From positions 248,001 through 312,000 of the forward strand of contig NW_003314375.1 of assembly GCF_000143415.4 (NCBI RefSeq): a DNA stretch of 64,000 nt. The letters are read 5' to 3'. Shown here one piece after another: positions 11,839-23,772 of this stretch. Positions within the stretch are counted from its first letter, which is position 1. The number at the start of each line of letters is the position of its first letter. Source of the DNA: Selaginella moellendorffii. Taxonomy: Eukaryota; Plantae; Lycopodiophyta. Under the pieces are notes generated by a model. It was not told the DNA's origin. It saw only the letters and a list, made by a program, of their open reading frames with translations, and did no database searches. The position numbers and the translations under genes were made by a program.

Positions 11839-12735
11839 AGCCAACACCGCCTCTGAAAAAAATAAACAACTATCACCATCATGTCAAGAGATGAAAAATA
11901 CTTACACGACCCGGGTGTGTTCTTCGGAGCTTCCTAAAATTCGCTGAAGAAAAGAAAGAAAAGAAGAAATTTAGTCAGCAACTACTCAAACGAACTGAGA
12001 TTTCTCGATGCTTTAGCGATTAGAATGCCGCTGCGTGAGAATGAGAAATACGGGACGACAATAACATCACTGATAGAAACCCTGGAGAGAAGAACTCGAA
12101 TGCTGCATTGAGAGACAATCACAATCTAAACAATTTTTCTATGGCGCGCAGCAATCGCGGAGAGCGGTTACCGATGGAAGAAGGAAGAACCACCGCCCCG
12201 CCATAACGTTTTTAGGGCTCTTCGCAGCAAGGAAACAGTTAATACAAAAGTTTCCGAATCTCCACGTGGCAGACACTTTTTACCACGAATAATCTGTAGG
12301 ATAATGGGAATAATGTTTTAATATAGTCTACCATCTAACAGTTAATATGCAATTAGATTAACATGTCTAGGATTTTTAGTAAATTCTGACAGTTTAGTTT
12401 TTATTTTTATATTTGAAATTGTTATTTTCTCTCCAACAATATTCAACAGTAACATAATCTTTCTGGAGATCTTCATTGGATGATGCCTCACAAAAACCTT
12501 AGTTAGTGACCTCTTAAGAATTCACTTGAGGAAGGAAAATTGCAAAATTATAAGTATATTATTACATTGTCTTCTTTATTTTTTAATTTCTTACTTACAC
12601 ATCATCTCATACTTCAATTTCTTGCAAGAATTACAGTGGAACACAATGGATTCTCTTTTGTTTATACACATACATTAACATCATCACTCTTTTAATTGAT
12701 GAGTTTGGTTTACAAAGCTATACCAATGGATTTAA

Positions 12736-12741
<6 letters not shown>

Positions 12742-12766
<25 letters not shown>
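12742..12766 (+). repeat. (CT)n microsatellite
   Basis: Visible dinucleotide run. Confidence 0.9.
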
Positions 12767-12817
12767 TACTAAATAATAATAATTGTTATACTATGTTATA
12801 TTGTTTTAAAATTATTA

Positions 12818-12991
12818 TGCGAGGCCCAAGTGTACACCTATAGTGCTGTATACTAATATTAATATAGTAGGATTTTGGTAGCTGTAAGGTTAATTTCGAT
12901 TCAGACCACTCACTTTTGTATATAAACTAAAGTTTTTGAGCTAATTGATATGCACATTTTGTATTTCATTTTCATATTTTGTGCACTCACA
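12818..12991 (+). mobile_element. Diverged LTR of the same family as the 28.2-33.3 kb gypsy element (truncated 5' end or solo LTR)
   Basis: TG...CA, aligns along its length with 28222-28397; followed by PBS-like TAATGGAGATGAG. Confidence 0.8.
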
Positions 12992-14229
12992 TTAATGGAG
13001 ATGAGAAGCATTACAATTTATCCTTAAAGGGCAAAATTTTTTAACAATGTTTTACTTTAATATTTGGGATTGTGTTTTTTGTTTTTATTCCTTCATTCTC
13101 TTTTAGATTTAGATGTGTATTAGTTTTTTGCAAAATCTAGAACTTTAGCTATTATTGTGGTTAGATTTATTCTTTCTTATGATTTTCATTGCATTCTCTT
13201 CTTCTACTATGCCATCCTATCATCAATTAAAAAGTATGTCACTTAAGGCTATTAATACTATTCTGTTGGATTGAACTTTTTATACTGTGAAGTGTGATTA
13301 TATTGGTGCTATATTCATCCTTGGTGTGTTACCATCTCCAACTTTTGTGGGATATGATTATATGGTTTGTCCTATTCTACCATCTTTGGTTAATATGAAG
13401 CATAATTGTGATATCGATTGGCAAGTTATAGATGATAAAGTCTAATTTTTGGAAAATATTCAAAGATCAAATTTATGGGAAGACGATGTGTATAAACCTG
13501 AGTGGATTCCAAGTCATTTTGACAAACTTAATTATTATGAAGATAGTTTTGGAGATGAAGTGGAGATTTCATGAGGTAGGTGTTAATCCTTCAATCTGCC
13601 ATTTGATTATTTCTCTTTACCTTTTACTCTTTCTTAACCTTTTTTTATTTATCAGCTTGAGCCACATTTTCATGTTTCTAGTATTTCTTTCTCATCTATA
13701 GTGTTTTCTTCTTTTTGCACATTGATCATTTGTGACTCTTATGATTCTCATTTTTAATCTAGTGTTGAGTTAAGTGTTTTATGTCCTCATATTAGTCTAA
13801 ATGTTACATATGTGCATGAAGTTGAGAATCTTACTTTTGTTTCATTAGTAGAGTTTTTGATTAATTTTGGTGTTGAATATTCCCTTGTTCCCAGGGTTAA
13901 ATCACTTTGGCTAGAGTTTTAGGTTGAGTGTATATCCTTAATTTTGTTATTGAAAATCTTTGTTTTATCATTATTGCTAAGGAGTTTATTTGTTCCTTTA
14001 GGAGTGTAGATATTTTTATTAATTTTTCTATTGATCAATGTGAGTTATATGTCAAAAAGGTTAGTTAGAAAAGGGGGTGCACTTTTATTCATAAACCCTT
14101 TCCCTTTATATTTGAATCCTATGGATTATTTTTCAAATCATTCTCTTTAGTTACTTATAATAAAGAGGATGTAGAGGATAAATGGAGTGAGTTCAATTTC
14201 CTATATACAATGCTAAGCAAATACGAAAA

Positions 14230-14800
14230 GGTAAATTTTACTTATGGTCATGAGTCTAAATTAATGCTGGTCTTGGAGGATCGTCAACAAATAAACTTAG
14301 AGATGGGATATATTATTTTTTGCAATGGTGCTTTATAGATTGCAATGGCTCTTAAAGTCCTTTATTTTGGTTTCGATATTGATTTAAGCATTTAGTAGTT
14401 GCACATGGAGTTGTAATTGGTTCATCGGGATTCTATAGTTGACTGATGCTTATGCCATGACTTTAGGTTTTGTTTCAATTATAGTTATCAACAATTTTTT
14501 TAGTAATTTTGTAAGAGTTTCAGATTCTTATAGTAGTTTGTAATCATCCAACAAAAACTCTAGATGTTCCATTTAATTTATTGCCATCACTTTTTCATCT
14601 TCTAGAGAGGAGGATGGTATAATGTTTATAAATATATGTATGTATATACATTTATTACCCTGTCTAAGTAGTACACTAATTATAATACTAAAACATATAA
14701 ACTGTATATTTCAGACTGAATGTAATCCATCCATTTTTGTATATAAGCACGGGTCTAAACCTCAATTAATATACCTATTCCTATATCCCTAGCACTCATA
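14230..14800. repeat. Degenerate TE-derived repeat; inverted homolog at about 33360-33790
   Basis: For example CAATTAATATACCTATTCCTATATCC here versus GGATATGGGAATAGGTATATTAATT at 33364, and 14400-14520 versus the reverse complement of 33470-33600. Confidence 0.6.
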
Positions 14801-14989
14801 GTTAAATTTATTCTCACTAAGAAAAAATATTTTATAATATATATTTCAATAATAATTATTTATATTCAACTTAAAACTTGAAAACTAAATAATAGATTTA
14901 TCCAAGAGACATATTTAATAATTACTATAGTTGACCCTAAATTAAGTTCTTTTAATTTCTTCATGTTGCAATAGAAAGTGGGAACAAGG

Positions 14990-16080
14990 CGATGACAAGG
15001 ACCAGAGCAGCCAATCAAGCAGACGAAAGCAGATTATATAGCCTTAGCACCATGCATACTGGCTGTGCCAGGAAGAAAGGAGAAGCTTGTTGTTCTATGT
15101 TCAATGGCAGGACAAGATGGAAGGTCTAGTTGTCACATACAGTACTATTGCAGACTATGGTCATGGGTGATCCTTGTGCATATGGACCAAGAGATTTTTG
15201 AGGCAATGAATGGTTTCCTTGATAAGGAGCAGGAATTGCTTATGGACATCCTCCTGCGAATGCGAGTGCCTAGTACCACATTCTTTCCTCTCGCTCGTTT
15301 CTAGATCGCCACGGGAAGAAGCAGCATCATGGCATTCCCTGGGTGGTCCGGATGATTCTCTCCCGTGGCGCCCAATCCACAGTCCTCTAGCGCCCTTTCT
15401 CCAGCCGACCACTCAAGCCATAATCGCTGCCTCTCGGCCCGCCTGGAGTTCCCTCCAATGTTTGAGAGCCATGTCATGGCAAATGGGTTCGTTTGTGGCA
15501 CGCTTGCTGGGTGGCCGGAGACGGAAGGCACTCACGGTCTCTGGCTGTGGGCAATCCGCTCACAAACTCTTGGAAGGTGCTCCAGTGTACTGAGAAGGTT
15601 TTCTTGATCAAGGCAACGGATGTGGATCTTGAGATAGGGATCTATCGGATTGTAGTGCTCAACATCACTGATGAAGAGGATTTGGCCTACATTCTCTATT
15701 ACAATTCTGGCTCCAGACGCTGGGTGCCTGTTCGATGTTTTCAAGAGGAAGAAGGATTATGCTTGTTCATAGGGAAGGTGACAGATATGGGATACAAAGA
15801 GCTGCTCTAAGCATGCTAGAGAAGGATGAAGAGGCTCACACTCAGCCATACTCTCATCTGGGAAATACTTGGTGGTGAGTGGCCACTTGGTGAAATTGAC
15901 ATTCATGGTGAAGAGTGGATGGCCCATCTAGCAGGTGATGTGATCGTTGTCTCCAACCGCATGTATCCTCTGTTAGTGTTTCAATTGTGGCCACTTGGAC
16001 GAGGAATTGGTCTTCTTTGCCAGTCTTAACTATAGGAGATCTGAATTCTTAGACATTAGGGCATACACCTTCGCGGCCAT
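14990..16080 (+). pseudogene. Chimeric Myb/SANT C-terminal fragment fused to an F-box(-associated domain) pseudogene
   Basis: HMDQEIFEAMNGFLDK runs in frame into ELLMDILLRM (F-box start); then NGFVCGTLAG, SRSLAVGNPLTNSWKVL, DLEIGIYRIVVLN, EEWMAHLAGDVIVVSN in shifting frames with stops. Confidence 0.7.
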
Positions 16081-16187
16081 GAATCAAAGAAAAGATGGCT
16101 TCTATATGTATATGTATAAGTATAAACTTTTGTGTTTCTTATTAATAATAGCTGGGTTTATAAAAAGGTGGTACTTGGCTGGGTGCA

Positions 16188-16623
16188 ATGGAAATGGAAC
16201 GCCTGCACAAGGTATTCCTTTGATTAAATATTTGTAGCATGAATTTGAATGTATTCTGATAGGGACCAGAGGAGCCGATCAAGTGTCATGGAGGATGGAG
16301 CAAAGAGGAGCATATCGCCTTGATACGTAAGGTCCAGGAACACCTGCAAAGGCCAGAAGAAAAGAGGAACTTGTCTCATAAAGCTGTACGGGAGGAGATT
16401 GAAAAGAACATCCAAGATAGAACTGGCAGCCAATGCTCCCGTCAATGGAGGATTCTTGTTTTAATGTACAGGAATCTGAACTGTCACTTCAGTGGGCATC
16501 CTGAATAGTATTTCCCACTTTCTAGAGAACACTATTATGGCTGTGGGATCCTCAAATATATGGACCAAAATGTTTTTGAGGCAATGGATGCTTTTCTTTA
16601 ATACAAGATTAGGTGGAACTAAA
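16188..16623 (+). pseudogene. Myb/SANT-like gene, duplicate of 8638-9067, with premature stops
   Basis: MEMERLHK|GPEEPIKCHGGWSKEEHIALIRK...QWRILVLMYRN...HPE*YFPLS...DAFL*. Confidence 0.7.
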
Positions 16624-17479
16624 TATTTTAACATGAATAATAAAATCTATATCATTAAGTTTAAATATGGTCCATACATTCATGTATATAAGCATCTTTA
16701 TCCCAATTAATAGCACTCGCATTGGTGGATGAGAGGGGCACTATATAAATTGTCACTGAAGGGAAAGGTGCTAGTAAGTTCTTTGCTTTAATTTATGGAT
16801 TATGCTTTCATTCTTATTTTCTGATCTAAATCTGTTATAGTGTTTCATTAGATTCTTCTGTCAATCTTCATTGTATTTTTTGTTTCTACCATGTCTTGCC
16901 ATTGTTATGTTGTTGGAGGCTACAATTCATGCATCGTTACCCTCACTATTAATATAATAATATTAATAATGCTAATTTGATAATAATAATCATATATTGT
17001 AAATTATTATTACTATTATTAGTATCTGGAAATTTTGTTTGCTAGATATAAATTTCAACATGTAGCTAACCTACAGAGTTTGACTTTAAACCTCTCTAAT
17101 ACCATATATAACCTCTTTAATGTGAACTTCTTAGTATAGAACCCAAGATCCAAGTGTTTAACTAATTCATATTTAATTGAAGACCTTTAATAGATTAGAA
17201 AAAGGGTGCACTCTTATTTATAGGCTTTTTCCTTTTATATTTAAATCCAGGCATTTTTTTTGCTTATATATAATTATTTTTATTTATCTTTTGCTCGTTT
17301 CCTAGCTATTTATTTTTTATTCTAAGCCACCTTCTTGTATTTAGTGATTCTTCCTCATCTATAGTCATTTTTTCTTCTCTTGGCATATTGATCAATTTTA
17401 ACTTTTATTATTCTCTAAATCTAATGTCAAGTTTAGTGTTTTTTATTCTCCTTAAAATTATTAAAACTCTATAATAGGG

Positions 17480-19700
17480 GAATGAGAAAACTTTGCAACA
17501 ATAATAAATAATTTTATTTTACATTCTATATTAGTCATTTAACCACACATTTGACCACTTAAAGGAGTTTCATTCACAACCTCCATAAGTTCTTATCCCA
17601 ACTTGGAAAATTTACTAGACTTCAATAGTAATTTTAAAGCCATCCCAACGTTACACTTGATCCAAGTGCTTTACATATTTAGTCTCATTTCAAACATTCA
17701 AACGTACCTATAATGTATTAGCCTCTAAAACTAAAATTATATCCATTCTCTTTATTGTATTGGTAGTCTAAGACCAATACCATAATCTTGTCTTTTCAAG
17801 ATTGGGGCATTTATCCATGTGTGGTTATCTCATAACTACACTTTAGCATCCTTAGAATGCTTTAAAACATAAAGAACATAATCCCCCAATATAATCATAT
17901 CTTTAATTACCAAACAAAAGGATCATTCCTCTTCCTTTTAAAGGTTTAGGACTTTTGGATGACATTTCAAAACACTGTAGCCTAATGTGAACTTTGTGGG
18001 TACTCCCCCCACTTTCTGCCACTAGGGTGCCCCAACCATTTGGCACATAAGATATCTTAAGATATCTTATGAACCACATAAGATATCCAAATAAGTAGTG
18101 TTATCCACATTTACATTAAGAGTATTAACCATTTAATCTCCTAAAGGAGTTAGAATTAACTATTGAATACTTCACTAAACTACCCTATTTCTCCATCTAT
18201 GTTTATTCTAACTTTAAACTCCCTAATAATTATATCATCACGAGTGTAACCTTCCTTAGTCATACTATTCTTTTCTGACCCCACTAGTTCTATTGGAGTC
18301 CTCCTCCTACTATCCTATAGGGACTTATAAACCTTCTAGATGATGGAGGTAGGCTTTCACTCTCGGACTCAAACTTAGACTTGGATTTGGAGTTGGTCTA
18401 AGTCTTAGTCTTGAACCCAGTCTTAATCTTGGTCTCAGACTCAGACTCCATCTCAGATCTAGTCTCAGCCTACCTCTAGGACTCGGCCTCATATTCAGAC
18501 TTAGCCTTGGACTTGGTCTCAAACTTGGTCTCGACACTTCCATGTGTCATTACACATGCCATGTATTAATCCTTCTTGTCTCCCTTTCAATCACCTCACT
18601 ATCAATTGCCTCATGCTCGTTTGAGAGTTCCACTCTTGTTCTCAACTTTCCAAGTTGTTTAAATGTGTTACGCTTGTTGGATTTTTGTTTCAGTCATTGC
18701 TATATGGCATACTTTTAGCTCTACTTTAGGATTTAAGGAATTGTGTTTTACAACTTTACCACCTATAAACAAAGTTCAATATCTTTATCAAATGATAAGT
18801 TATTTTTTAAAATAACCTCATTATGAATTACCATTTTTATCTTTTGCACCAAACTACTATTCATCAATAGTTTATCACTGAATGTTCATCATGCCTTCCA
18901 CATCTTCTAAAGAGGATAGACCTTCCAACTTAAAGACTCATTAAATCACTTATAATGGTTCTCTCACTTTGTTGGTTTAGATCCTACTAAACCCTTTAAA
19001 AACACCTTCTTTATCTTGATCTTACTACTCATTCTAGAGTGTTAAACCATATCAATATAACTTATAACTTTTGACTTTTCATATTGATTTTCTAGATATT
19101 TATAACACTTTCCATTGCACATGTAATGCAAATTCTACTTTTCCATCCTAAAGAGTTCTTTACTTGAGGATATCACTATTATCTATTTTATTTCATGCTA
19201 ATTTAAGCATTAAATTCCACTTATCTATAATTTGTATTAGGGTTATTTTTGGCCTTATCATTTGACTATATTGTTGCTAGCTTTCTATAGCTTTTACCTT
19301 TTGTTAAATTAGAGCATCATACCTTAGAAACCTATTACTTTTCTCACAATCCATTAGCAAAACTTATCATTTAGATCCCCTCCAATAATTTTTAAGGCCC
19401 ATTTTTTCCCACTAATCTTTTACTCTTATCCTTCGATTATTACACCAAACAACCCAAGATTGCTACTTCCTCCTTGAGGTATCCTTTTTGCTTCATAACA
19501 AACACTCAAATCCAAAAGGTGTTCACCCTTAGTAAGTCTCTATAACATTTCTATTGTTTGCACTATTTATGGCTCAATCTTGCAACCTTCCTATAGGTCC
19601 TTTCTTGGAGACTATTTTCTTGGACTCACAATATTATTATATTGTTATATATCATTTCACTTGGGTGTCCTTCCCACTTGGTCATCTTGATTAAGTCATT
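17480..19700 (-). mobile_element. Highly degenerate LTR-retrotransposon remnant(s)
   Basis: AT-rich, stop-riddled sequence with faint integrase zinc-binding-like wording on the minus strand near 17600-17700 and a purine tract at about 18005-18011. Confidence 0.35.
18362..18770. repeat. Degenerate 6-bp tandem array (CTYRGW, about 29 units) plus unique tail; copy 1
   Basis: Unbroken hexamer phase ctcgga ctcaaa cttaga cttgga..., followed by GACACTT...ATGTGTCAT; the block recurs at 19718-20180. Confidence 0.8.
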
Positions 19701-19717
19701 TCGCTCTTTTTTTTTAT

Positions 19718-20180
19718 CTCAGTCTCAAAATTGAATATGAACTAGTTGCGGTCTCAGTCTTGGACTCATGCTCAGTCTCAGTCTCAAAATTGGACTCCAT
19801 CTCGGCCTACTCTCAGACTTAGCATCAAACTCCATCTTAGACTTGGTCTCGAACACAGTCTCAAACTCGACCTTGAACTCTATCTTAGATTTAGTCTTAG
19901 ACTTAGTTTTGATTTGATCTCAAACTCGGTCTTGACACTTTTATGTGTCATGACACTTGTTATATATCAATCCTTTTTATATCCCTTTTTAAAGATTTAT
20001 TATTGATCATTTCGCACTTGTTTCTCGAGCACTTCTTTAGAAGTTCCACTCCCACTCTCAACTTTCTAAATTAAATTTTTTGATCTAAATTGTTATGCTC
20101 ATTGGCCACTTTGACCATTGCTGTATGGCACATTTTTTGCTCCACTTTGGATATAAGGGATTTATGTCTTACACACTTAT
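19718..20180. repeat. Degenerate 6-bp tandem array plus tail; copy 2 (direct repeat)
   Basis: Same hexamer periodicity and same downstream sequence (AGTTCCACTC...CTCAACTTTC, TTGCT.TATGGCA) as 18362-18770. Confidence 0.8.
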
Positions 20181-21774
20181 AATTAGGGAAATATATTTAA
20201 TTTAAAATGTTAATTTTACATATGGAATACTAGAAATATTAAGAAAATTTTTTGCTACATTTTGAGTAAGATAATTTATTAGATGTTAATCTCAACATGT
20301 TGTGTGATTTCTTTACACAACTAATAGAGTCAGACTTAATACTTCCTTAATAACAAATCTAAACTTTTGAATTTGGGTTTCTTAGGAGGTCATTCATCCC
20401 AATACTACTAAAACCAAAGGATATATAACTCCATGTAGTTTAAGACGTTTAACTGAATAGACAAAAAAGTACACTTTTATTTATAAGTTTTTCCTTTTAT
20501 AATTGAAGTTTAATGGACCATCTTTTAAATTGTTTCTTTTTGTTACTTATACTTCTTTATTATCTAGTTTTTAGGATCTTTTATAGCATGAGGTCCTTTA
20601 TTTGTTAAGATTCATGCATATTTAATTCCTTTTATTTTTATATTTCCTCATAAGAAATAGTGAATTTTCTCTTCTAGTACTTTATCCATTTTTTCTTTTC
20701 CCACATTCCTTTCTCCTTTAATTTTATTTATTTTTTCCTCTTTTCTCTAACACTCTAAACTTTTTTTCTTTAAAGGAGGGTGTAAATGGGACAAATAGGA
20801 GTATAGCCATGATGATGGAGTGAATATGAGTTATAATGGTATTAAAGTGAAGACAAAAAATATAAATTATGGAGTGAGGATAAGTATAACAAGTTATAAA
20901 TTATAGAACATTGATGATGTGACATCAAGTAGATATGATAATAAAGTGAGGACAAAGATGAGGACAAAGATGAGGACAATTATAATTAGTTTAAATAAAA
21001 ATATTATCTTAGAATTTTTTTTATGTTTGAGGAGAGGATAAAAAAAATATGGAAAATTTCTTACATTTAATGTTGAATAAGGAAGAGGATTGTAAGTCCA
21101 ACCTAAAGCAAATTTTAAATGAAAGCCAAAAAGAAGATGGTTAAAACAAGGTTTTCTAGATTGAAGATGTAGAAATAGAATTTTTCATTTGTAGTGGTTT
21201 TTTGTGGAATGTTCTTTACTTTGATTCAAAGTTGTGGTTTTTAAGTTGGTTCAAATATTTTGCAATTGCTCATATATCCCGCTCTGTTGAGTTAAATTTT
21301 ACTTTATGGTTACTCTTTAATAATTAATTTAAAAGCTGAATACCACTTCTACCAAACCAATATTTGTAAATAGTACTTTTACAACCACAATGATTTGGAT
21401 TTCTAAGCACTCAATGTATTTTAGCAAAAAGAACAAATTTGCTAAAATTGTATATGAATCACCCTCCCACAAAAGAACCATTTTGTTTATCTCTTATAAG
21501 GGACTCCCTCATTAAAAAGCACAAAAATGAAATGAAACACTCATCACCTCTTAAAAAAAGTATATTTACTCCTTTATATTTCCTTTATAACAATGGCTTT
21601 GTTAGAAGGATGCAAACTTTCAATACCCACAATCACATTTACAACACTTTGCCTCATTAAGGAAGATTGATCTCTTAGAGGTTCTTCTCACATGAACCTC
21701 AAGAAATTCATAGAAAGTCTTATCTCATTCATTCATAGAAATTTAAATCACTATAAGATTCTGCTAGCATTTCA

Positions 21775-22176
21775 ATGCCAGATGATGGCCCTTTAAACTG
21801 GCTTGTCCAGGGATTCTTGTATCAAGGTTGGAGGATTCTAATTGTCCACAAAGAAGGAAACAAAAATGATGTTCGCAAAGTTTCTCTTAGCATGCTTGAG
21901 AAGGACAAGGAGGGGAAGTGGCTTGTGCTATACCAGAGCTGCATCCAAGAGATTGTTCCTCTATTGGCATTTCATTTGGCAGAGAAGAAGTGGGAGTGTT
22001 GCGGCCACACGGATCAGGAGCTTGCAGAGTTTGCACTCCACTGGCCCAAATGCTGCCCAAGCATCCATGCCTATATGGAAGAGGACATTGTGTTGGAGGC
22101 CATGAACCGAGTGAGTGGAAGAGGAGATTGTGTTAAGGATTACAAAATTAGATTCCAAATCATGGGTTATTGCTAG
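21775..22176 (+). pseudogene. F-box-associated fragment fused to a Myb/SANT-family tail
   Basis: NWLVQGFLYQGWRILIV...VSLSMLEKDKEGKWL matches NWPIWGFLYRGRRILVG...ALSVLEDDEQKRWL at 43.4 kb; AYMEEDIVLEAM resembles the Myb-family tail. Confidence 0.5.
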
Positions 22177-22384
22177 GAAAGTTTGGGTCACTGATGAAAA
22201 TGAAGTTATGGAAGAATACACACTTTTTTTTGCATGGCTTAGTTTCAGGAGAAAAGCCTCATAAAACTAATTGTAAGGAGTGATTTGTACTTTTTTATGT
22301 CAATGATCATTTCTGATGTTTATTACATGGAATGTGGGGAGTAGAAACACATCAGTAATTTAATGGATTTTTGTTGTTGTAATG

Positions 22385-22778
22385 ACTCATGTCATGTCAA
22401 GATCGTAGAAGCCGTCTTTTTGCTTTTTGGTTGTAGCCAGGATTGCATCGCATTATCCCACTGTCTATGGACACCTAATTTCCCGAGCCAGAATTGTATT
22501 GGAGAATGAAGCTAGTGTCGGTGATTCACTGTCTTGTTATTAAGCACTGCAATCCGGTAGATCCCTGTGTCGGGGTCCACATCCGTCCGTTCGAGAAAAT
22601 CGTCCGGACCACCCAGGGAATGCCAGGATGCTGCTGCTTCCCATGGCGATCTAGAAACGATCGAGACGTAAGAATGCGGTACCAGGAGCGTCCGAGCGAC
22701 GCTGTGGACACCGAGTAGCAGGAGGATGCCCACGAGCATCTCCTCCTCACAAAGCCGAAAGGCAGAGCCGATCGCCAT
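22385..22778 (-). pseudogene. F-box family pseudogene, internally deleted
   Basis: MAIGSAFRLCEEEMLVGILLLL...SWHSLGGPDD...DPDTGIYRIAVLNNK then stop; matches the 15.3, 34.7 and 43.1 kb copies. Confidence 0.7.
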
Positions 22779-22960
22779 GCTAGCTTATGCCCTCTTTTGA
22801 TTATTTCTTTCATTACCTTATTGCTAAAGGAGCCTATTAATTCAAAAATATTCCGAATCTCCACCTGCGAATATACAAGTCATAAGGTCAAAAGTACTTA
22901 ATCAATTTAACATTCTAAATTGAAGAATGCAACCTTGTCTTCTTTCTAATCAAACTTTCT

Positions 22961-23422
22961 ATGGAAATTCTTCTACTTTTCATACTCCTAAATCGATTTG
23001 TGACAGCACAGGTTTCTTGCTTAGAACACAAAAGGATTTACTCTAAATTCTTTTGTTTTTTTCAGGAATGTGGCTTCTTTTCAAGGACATGTCAAAACTA
23101 TAGAATCTCAAAACTTGGTTACTTCTGGGCTACTTGCTATAAAGAAGATCGCGCTTACACAAAACATTGGTTTATTGTTCTCAACGAGTATGTAGAGAAT
23201 GTGAATGGAGAGCTCAAACCTGGGGGTTCGGAGTTTTCAAGGACATGTAGCCAGCTACGAATCATTAGATTCCACACAGAATCTTCTGATCTCAATCGGG
23301 TGGGAATTGGAGGCTATTGCAAAGATTTTCATGGAACACCAACTTGGTCCCAATTGGATGTGGACTCCCATGTAAAGAATGTGGATGGATACCTCAAATG
23401 GTGTGGTCCTTGGACATGGTAA
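22961..23422 (+). CDS. Secreted cyanovirin-N homology (CVNH) lectin-like protein, 2 exons (intron 23012-23065)
   Basis: Signal peptide MEILLLFILLNRFVTA, then two internal repeats FSRTC...ATC...VLNEYVENVNGELK and FSRTC...GYC...SQLDVDSHVKNVDGYLKW, the CVNH pattern FSxSC...A.C...S.IDLN..I.N.DG.L. Confidence 0.88.
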   Translation: MEILLLFILLNRFVTAQVSCLEHKRIYSKFFCFFQECGFFSRTCQNYRISKLGYFWATCYKEDRAYTKHWFIVLNEYVENVNGELKPGGSEFSRTCSQLRIIRFHTESSDLNRVGIGGYCKDFHGTPTWSQLDVDSHVKNVDGYLKWCGPWTW

Positions 23423-23772
23423 CGAAAAACAGTCACTGGTAAGTTACTGATTTTAACATGAAAATATGTTAAGTATAACATTTATTCCAGATGGCCTAGA
23501 GTTATGTTTAGTAAAATCGTGATTATTCAATATTTATCCATCATATGCCGAAACTCAAGGTTTGTTGAATCAAAAATCATGGGAAAAAAATTATGAATGT
23601 GATGAACAAGCATTAAAACAATAGTATTACGGTTTTAAAAACCACGAAACTGTTTTAAATGTCATTCATAACCATTAGATTAAAGACTCTCAAGGAGAGC
23701 CGTTAGATGACTTATAATGGATTTGCTTATAAGAATGGAGGGAGTGGAGCCTAAAACCCTAAGAACAGAGCG

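Noticed and set aside
18325-18543. RS/RP-rich 72-aa ORF resembling an SR protein
   Set aside because: By-product of the 6-bp tandem array.
20947-20980. GAGGACAAAGAT repeated about three times
   Set aside because: Short tandem repeat with no spacers in decayed AT-rich DNA; not CRISPR-like.
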